Shown: piece by piece, positions 56,106 to 64,000 of the stretch
Layout of the letters: every line of letters begins with the position of its first letter
Position numbering within the stretch: the stretch's first letter is position 1
Origin: Octopus vulgaris
Lineage: Eukaryota
Length of the DNA: 64,000 bases
Reading direction: 5' to 3'
Assembly: GCA_951406725.2 (NCBI GenBank)
Contig: OX597814.1
Coordinates: forward strand, 93,744,001-93,808,000
The notes under the pieces: generated by a model
Database searches by the model: none
What the model was told of the DNA's origin: nothing
What the model saw: only the letters and a program-made list of their open reading frames with translations
Translations under genes and position numbers: made by a program

Positions 56106-57494
56106 TCCTAACATGGTTAGGTCTTAGATGCCTTTATTGACTCTTCTCAAACTTATTGACACAAAGTCGTTTATGATATATGCACATATTTGATAGTTTT
56201 CAGTGTTTAAAGAAACAGAATATAGATGAAAGTAACTATACAGAGAAATGCTGATAGAATGTTACAAGAAAATGTAAAGTTTTTCAAGAATAGCATTTCA
56301 CCGTATGGATTATTGATCGGTGTTCATAGCATGACATTCTATTGAATTTTACTAGCTGTTCAAGGCTCATTACAGATAATACTACAAGAGATATCAACAA
56401 TAGACGTAATGATACAGGCGCTGTCAGAGTCGCAAATAATGGAATTGATTTGGAACATGTGCGAACCGTGTAAAAATAGTTTCACTTGAATCCGTGGTCG
56501 TATTTATCATTATCCCTGCAATGATATGAAAATTAACATCAGATTTTACTAAATAAAAAGTGTCGTAAAAATATAAATCGATTTTATACTCGAAAACTCA
56601 TTTTATTCCTAAATTATTTGAATAAACATGAAAACTGAATGCAAAGAATATTGCAAAGAATTTTTCTCGACACTTTGGTTATATAGTTCCATATGAAGGT
56701 AATCGAAGTAATATTCTCATGTTATTTACTACATGCGTAAAATTCAATCGATTTTTTTTGTTATCTAATCAGAAAGTAATTTATGTAATATACCGAAAAT
56801 TTCCTGTTCTGAAATAAAAAGATAAATACAAAATATTTCCATGATAAGATGAAGATTCTTATTTCTTATTCACAAGAATGTTGCTATTGATATACATGTT
56901 GCTATTGATATACATATTTGCAAGTGTTAGTCTCTTGGGATTAACTTCGGTTTGTAGATATTGATTTTGTCTTTTGCTTCCGATTACATGATAAATCAGT
57001 ACTCCAATACTTTTGTAACGGTAGCTGGATAGTTCAATGGTATTCCTTGCAAGAAAGATCGTAGAGTGACCTCCCTTTTCTAAAATTCTCGAGGCATCTG
57101 TGTCAGGAGGCATGATTCTTAATTATTCAAGAAGCTTAACGTTTCATTTGGAAGTTTTTAGAATATCTCGCGTTCTATTAATAAAAACAGCTTGCTAACC
57201 CAGCTTTCGCGTCTTAGTCGATTAGATTTAGGGCAATTCAAGTCATTGTTATGTCCATCTATTTCTCTACGCCACATGACTGAAAACCACCACTTATCTG
57301 TAAATTCTACGTTTTCTATCTCTGAACGTTCTTGCATAGATAGACAGGTAGATAGGGAAATAGATAGACAGACAGACACATAGATTGATGGACAGACAGA
57401 AAAACAGAAAAATAGAAAGAAAGATAGATAGTTAGACGGACGGACGGACAGACAGGCAGACGGACAAATAGATAGATAGACAGATAGATAGATA

Positions 57495-59530
57495 GATATG
57501 TTTCTTTATTAGCCACACAGGGCTGCACAAAGACGGTACAAATTACAAAGTAGAGCTTTTCTTTTTGGAGGAGAAAAAAAAGGTGGGTTATGTTTTCGAT
57601 CAAAAGGAATCGTAAAAGGGAAAGAAGGAAAAGAAAGGGGAAAAAAGGGAAAAAACGATCAATAGGGATCATGTATCACAGTGTCATGGTGTAAAGTGTA
57701 AAGGAGGAAGCAGATAAGGTTTATCCGTGAGAAGAAAAGCCTACGGAAAAGACCATGGTAACCTCGGTCAATGATGTTACATGTTACCACATTTGTTTGC
57801 AAGTAAGTAACCCTCTGTTTTAAATTTTCCGGGTTCATAGGATTATGCTAAATGTGGTTTCGTCATTCATACATACCATCCTTGCTACATTCACCCATCT
57901 TTTTTTGAAACATTCGCTAGACAAAACTTGCCTTTCTTCTCTCATTTTCCTTTTCAAGTTAATGAGAGATTGACCAGAGAAGAAAATGTTTGTCTCCAAT
58001 CCTTTCAGACGCGTTCATTAGATACATTCTTTCGCCATAGCCACAAGGATGATGAAAATAGCTCTTCCTTCCCGTTTGAAGGAAGGAGGCGTGACAATAT
58101 TGACGATAGACTCGGCTGATAAACCGACTCGTCTCACACGTGACAGCAGTCGTTCGATATAAGACCACAGGTCGGAAATTGTTGGAAACTGCACGAGTGC
58201 GTGCAGAACGGTTTCGTTGCTCTGACCGCATCTCGGCCGCGTGTTTCTCGAGTCGTGTCTGTAGAGCTTATCCCGAACGGGTTGCGCTTCTCGGTAGCAC
58301 TGCCAGGCCAGGGATCTCTGGAAGTTGTCCATGGGCCCTGGCTCGAAGGTCGTCCTGAACAGGCGGATCACGTGTTCCTCGTCGACGTCCAGGTTCGCCC
58401 CGAGCTCGTCGTCGTACTTCCCCTCCACTAATCCCCTATAGAATGCTTTGGTTGTGTTGAAGTCACTCAAGGTCGACCCGGGACAGCATAGTTGCTTGAG
58501 AGCAACGCGACATTTGCGGTGCTATTCGCCCATCCACGGCCTCTTTTTGATCCACGACTGCAGTTCGGTCATGAAGACGAGTTGCGGGAAAGCGTGCCTC
58601 ACAAACGGCGACAAACGTGTTCACCGTCATCTACGTAGAGCCTTAGATGTCGCAGTCTCAGCGCGTGTCTGCGCATCATCAACCACGGAATGCCCAGTCC
58701 TCCTTTCAACGGGTATTGACAGCAAATGGGTCGCCTGACCATCGGGACGCACCCTTTCCACAAGAAGCGAAAGAGAATGCGTTCTAGTTTGGTAATGATA
58801 GGGTCGGGACAAGGCACGACGGTCAGGTGGTAGTAGATGACGGACGCGATATACGAGTTCGCCACCTCCGCCCGACCTTTTAGGGATAGTTTCCTCTCGG
58901 CCCCTTGCTTCTCCAGGTGCCGAGTCGCAAGCCCACTGATTTTTCCCGGTTGATTTTTCGCTCCTGTCACGCTTCGTAGTCTTTCAGTGTCTCGCCGACC
59001 AGGTCGATGTGCTCCTTGCTATACACTATGACGGTGACGTCGTCCGCTTATGCATACACGCTCGTCCCTCTTCCCAATTCTCGCGGGATGCCTCTCAGAG
59101 TTGCCAGCTTCCGCAATAATGGCTTGTGAGTAAATACGTAGAGAAGCGACGATAGGGGGAATCCCTGACGGACCGAACGTGCAACGTCGAAAGGTCTCGA
59201 TAGATGTCCATTTACGCGAATTACCGAGCGGATACCTCTGTTCAGAGCGGCTATCCAGCCGCGGAAGACGGGACCGAAACCAGCCGGTCTGAGGACAGCC
59301 TCCAAGTATCGATGGTCTACCCTATCGAAAGCTTTCGATTGATCCAAATTGATCAGCGCCCCAACCATGCCAGGTTCCTTAACTACCTTGTCTATGATGT
59401 AGCGCATAAGGTGGAGGTTGGCATGGATGCTCCGTCCCGGCACGGTGCACGTTTGTGCCTTGTCGACCAGTTTCTCGATGACAAGCGCCAACCTCTTGGC
59501 TAACACCTTGGCCAAAATTTTCAAGTCTGC
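57495..59530 (-). mobile_element. L1/Tx1-like non-LTR retrotransposon, 5'-truncated and degenerate
   Basis: DLKILAKVLAKRL, LDQSKAFDRVDH, SVRQGFPLSSLLY, YA*ADDV, LSLKGRAEVANS and C-terminal RCGQSNETVLHAL. The 3' end has AATAAA and runs into (TATC)n. Confidence 0.9.
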
Positions 59531-59845
59531 ATTAAAACCACCATTGCACCCTAAAAAGTTGATGGTCACTGTATGGTGGTCAACAAAGGAGGTTATTCAT
59601 TATTCAGTTTTGCAACAAGGGAAAACTGTAACAGCAACATCCTATTGTCAAGAAATTAATTGTATCTATGAAAAATGAAAAAGAGAAGCAATCCAGATTA
59701 ATGAATACAGATGATCCAATTTTGCCTCATGATAATGCACGGCCTCACACTTCTCAAGATACGGTCCATAAGTTGCAAAGCCTGAATTATGAAATGTTGG
59801 CACATCCTCCTTATTTTCCTGATATCTCTCCTACTGATTACTGAA
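59525..59845 (+). mobile_element. Mariner transposase fragment
   Basis: LHPKKLMVTVWWS, HDNARPH, HPPYFPDISPTDY. Confidence 0.85.
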
Positions 59846-60229
59846 TGGACTGGGGCAACGAGAAATAAACTGTTTTGCTCAAGTTCATAACGCACCACCT
59901 GGTCCAGGTAACGAAACATTAATATTTCGATCATGAGTGCCCTACATTAACCACGAGTTCATGCGCCTATACGCATTTCACGTTGCTCCAGTCCACTCCA
60001 TTGGTAAAAATGAGTACTGCCTGAATTCCAAAGGGTCAGGCTTGTCACATTTTGTGTTAAGGTAAGCTGAATCTCTCTGAGAACTACATTAAGAGTACAC
60101 ATGTCTGTGGACTTCTCAGCCACTTGCACGTTAATTTCTCGCGTAGGCTTTCATATTTGATCGCATCAACTGAAACACTCGTCGTCGTAACCTACAGATT
60201 ACCAGAGTGGCTGTAAGTATGTATATATG

Positions 60230-61115
60230 TATGTCAAAAAGTCCCAATGCTAGTTCTGTAGCGCGCCAACAGATAGCAGCACACGTCTGAATCCATAGTG
60301 AGAGCTAGCAGTGACATTCATGACGTAGTATGTCGAGTAACATCGCTGTATTACTTAGCAAGTTGTGAAATTTGTGTTTTTGTGATAATGTGTATGCTGT
60401 AGTATGCGATTTTGTCATGGACAGGAACGAAGTCTCAAGGTGAAAACTTGTATTAAACTTAGGAGGTCTGCTACAGAGATAAGCTTACAGCAACGAGGCA
60501 ATGGGTCGTATGTAATGTTTCGTGTGGCACAGGCGCTTCAAACGCTGAAGAACGTCTCTGGAAGACGATGAGCGTTCTGGAAGAGATTCCGGAAAAGTAG
60601 TATTGTATATCGAGAGTTCGTTATGCAGGGCCAGACCGTCAATCGAGAGGTTTACTGTAAAGTTTTGATGCATTTGTGGAAGGCCGTACTACAAAAGCGA
60701 CTAGATCTATGATGTGCGAAGAAATGGGTTCTTCGCGACGACAATGCACTCCGTTACCGAGGTCTTCTCACGCATTAGTTTCTCCCCCAAAACAGGATGC
60801 TATCCCTTTCGAACCCGCCCTATTCACCAGATTTAGCACCAGTGGACTTCCATGTCTTGCCCAAGAAGAGAAAGCAGCTCAAAGGTTGCCATTTTAACAC
60901 CGTTGTTGAGATCAAGAGCGAATCGCAGATGGTGCTCGACTCGCTTACGGAAAAAGATTCCAGGCCGGATTTCAAAGGTGGCAGGAAAGCTGGGGTCGGT
61001 GTATTATTGCTGCGCAAAGTGACTATGTCTAAGAAAATGATTTTAAAACTTAGGTAAATAAGTTATTTTTTATTAAACATAACTAGTCCGGGAACTTTTT
61101 TGATACCACCTCGTA
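60230..61115 (+). mobile_element. Degenerate mariner transposon
   Basis: PPYSPDLAPVDFHVLPK..LKGCHF. TIR-like ends TCAAAAAGTCCC..CTAGTT and AACTAGTCCGGGAACTTTTTTGATACCACCTCGTA. Confidence 0.82.
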
Positions 61116-62413
61116 TGTTATGTGTAGTGCTACTGGTAACCTGCATTCAAGTACAACTGACGTATGGTCGGGTCGTCAGCGAGTAACCCAGCAACAAATT
61201 CTTTATAACAAAGTGGATGATTTTCCTTGGACACTCTGCCGGACGAAAAACAAGGAATTTTAAAGGGCAGATGAACTTAGTCAAGGGTTATCAAATATCT
61301 GGATGTGGAACCCTGGTCTTTGTTTAGACATCTATCAAGAAAGAAATCTCCGATGTAACGTTTGCAACTTCGTTTGTATCCAATGATGTAGACCAGTCCC
61401 ATTTGGGCAAATTCATGCTTTGTTTACAGAGTGCAATTGGGCCTACGCGAAGTCTTTCTTCACGTTAAAATCATCAAACAGGCCTCTCTTGGTTTTAACA
61501 TTTCTATTTACTCCCCTGCTATGTATTGCATATTATGGCTCGTTATAGCCAAGAAATGTAAGACACTCACTGAAGGTTTCCACGATGAAATAAAGGCATT
61601 TGTCTGGGCGTTTACGAAAAATGCCCAACCTCGACACATTTTCGTAGGCCGGCAAAAGCACATCCATTGTGCTCATGCGTAACAGAGCAATGAAACAATG
61701 TCAATCTCGAAATCGAGTTACAATCATCATATATGTATGTAGTACGACTATTAAAAACGTACAAGAAAATTATATGCGATTCATAGGTGTACTACGAAAA
61801 AAAAAACATGAGTATAAATGACATATCATATACATCTTCTATAACAAGAAAATTTTAGCTATCGTGTTTTATTAGAGTAACATCTTGTAGATATTTTAAT
61901 ATGTCCGAAATCTTACGAGGAATGATCAATAAGTATCCGGACTGCTGTCCTAGTAGCGACGCTAAAGCCATCAGAGTAAACCCTCTTGGCACTGCTTGAC
62001 CTAGAACTCTGCTGCACATGCGCACTAAGTTTTAAACAGCTAATGGTAGATCCATTTTAATACTTGATAATCCTTCAGTCCAAATCCTGACTACGCCCAC
62101 ATAATAACGAATACTTCTTTGGCTGTTCATATATATTATATACTTATATATATATATATATGTATATGTATATAATATACATACATACATACATACATGT
62201 ATATTATATTCATATATAAGTACTAACCTATTGCTGGTGTCTACTTTCTCGATATTTCTATGGGGTAATTGTCTGCTTGTCAAGCGTATCTCTCTAGTGG
62301 TAGCTATGCAGTGACCTGAAATAATTAGCTTTCACTGTGTTTGTAAGCATGTAACAAGCATCTTTTTATACATGCTTCCAAGCGACAGGTAACATCTAAC
62401 ACACACACACATG

Positions 62414-62445
<32 letters not shown>

Positions 62446-62669
62446 TACTCACATACACATGCACACACACACGCACACATACTCACTTAAACATATATAA
62501 TTCACCGTCAGTGACTAAAATTCATCACACTTCAGTGACTGTGGTGAATTATTTTTTTTTTGGTTTCGAATTGCATTTAGCCAACTGTGTGTGTGTGTGT
62601 GTGCGTGCGCGTGTGCGTGTGTGTGGATTGACAATCAGGATAAAGAAGATACATGTGATCTACTATACC

Positions 62670-63325
62670 TGGTCTACTCCTTAGCAAATTCCTGGTGTCA
62701 TGCAGAGGCTTCCATACAGGCTTGCCATTTCCACTTTCAATTCGAAGTACTCGGTGATTATTTCAACCTCTTTACTCCCAACATTCATGTTATTTGGTAT
62801 GGCTAAATCAATGATCTGACAGTATTTGTCTCTCAATATGACAATATCCGGCCGACGGTGTGCAATTGCACGATCCGTCTGTAAATCATAGTCCCAGAGT
62901 GTCGTTACTTTTCCATCCTCCCGCATAACTTTACTTTGTACATGCTCATACTAGTTCTCTGTTACTTCATATTGGCATTCAGGTCAATGAAGATACACAA
63001 CAGTTTCTCGTGGCGGCTCTTGTATTCTTTTTGCGCAAGGCTCTCGCATCCACTTACCAAGTGCTTCACCTATTCTACACTCTTCACACAGGGTCTGGAT
63101 TTCTAGGTGTCAGAAGCTTTATAGATGTTACACTTCCCTGAATTTGTAGCGAGAGCCTAGTCTTGTGCAAGAATGATCAGGCTTTCGGTGGTACGCTTGA
63201 AATCACATCGCTCAAGCCATGCCCACAATGCTGTATTATCCTTAACATCCTGTGTATTCCTTACAAACTGTCCTTGCATTCTCATTTCAAGGTCTTCTTT
63301 TGTCTGCTCCTCAGCTCTTTGGTTT
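62670..63325 (-). mobile_element. R4/Dong-like retrotransposon fragment
   Basis: LWDYDLQTDRAIAHRRPDIVILRDKYCQIIDLAIP. Abuts (TTC)n(TTA)n. Confidence 0.8.
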
Positions 63326-63353
63326 TAATATTCTTCTTCTTCTTCTTCTTCTT

Positions 63354-63484
<131 letters not shown>

Positions 63485-63509
63485 CATTATTATAATTATT
63501 ATTATTCAG

Positions 63510-64000
63510 TAGTTTTATTTTTATTTTTATAGCGTGCTTTCACTTCACTACCGAGCGCAGCTCTGTGTGCCTTGGGTATGTGCTGTGATTTGTTGTGATG
63601 CTCTGATGGTTATTGTATGGAAAGTGTTCTGCGTAGGATGTGTGCAGTGCCTAGTAGTGCAATTTTCTGTATGTTATATGTGTTTGTAAGTCCTGGTGTT
63701 TTTGTTATGTATTTGTCTGAATATTTTTTATCATGCCTAATGCACCTACTATGATAGGAATTGTTTCTGTTTTTAGATTCCACATTCTGGTTACCTCCAA
63801 TTCCAGGTCTTTGTATTTTGAAAGTTTCTCCATTTCTTTTAGAGACACGTTGTCATCTGCCGGTATTGATACATCAGTTAGAAAGCATTTTTTTTCTTCA
63901 TGATCTCTGACAACTATATCTGGTCTGTTGGCCTTAATTTCTCTATCTGTGTGTATCGGCATATCCCAGAGTATGGTTGCTTTCTCATTTTCTGTGACCT
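63510..64000 (-). mobile_element. R4/Dong-like retrotransposon 3' end (continues beyond the window)
   Basis: LWDMPIHTDREIKANRPDIVVRDHEEKKCFLTDVSIP..KLSKYKDLELEV. The 3' UTR ends at (TAA)n on the minus strand. Confidence 0.9.

Noticed and set aside
56859-57113. 84-aa minus-strand ORF
   Set aside because: No recognisable domain or convincing splice sites, and the length is compatible with chance.

Overview
Repeat-dominated, AT-rich eukaryotic DNA, most likely from a coleoid cephalopod such as Octopus (inferred from the SINE types and the extreme (TA)n/(CA)n/(TAA)n/(GATA)n density). Most ORFs in the track are microsatellite artefacts. Host coding content is limited to three phase-compatible terminal exons of an unidentified + strand gene (390-514, 4830-4980, 8863-8997) and a weak exon/promoter-like island near 55.4-56.5 kb. 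The rest is a patchwork of transposons: a nearly intact APE-RT LINE, five R4/Dong-like RLE retrotransposon fragments, a Tx1/L1-like element, Penelope-like RT and GIY-YIG remnants, several mariner copies, a hAT remnant, Helitrons and tRNA-derived SINEs. The main signal invisible to the ORF track is about ten type I minimal hammerhead ribozyme motifs from several unrelated families. Three have intact cores plus a clear stem I, and two of those lie downstream of GIY-YIG remnants. The window also carries an unusual number of local fold-back (inverted) duplications.
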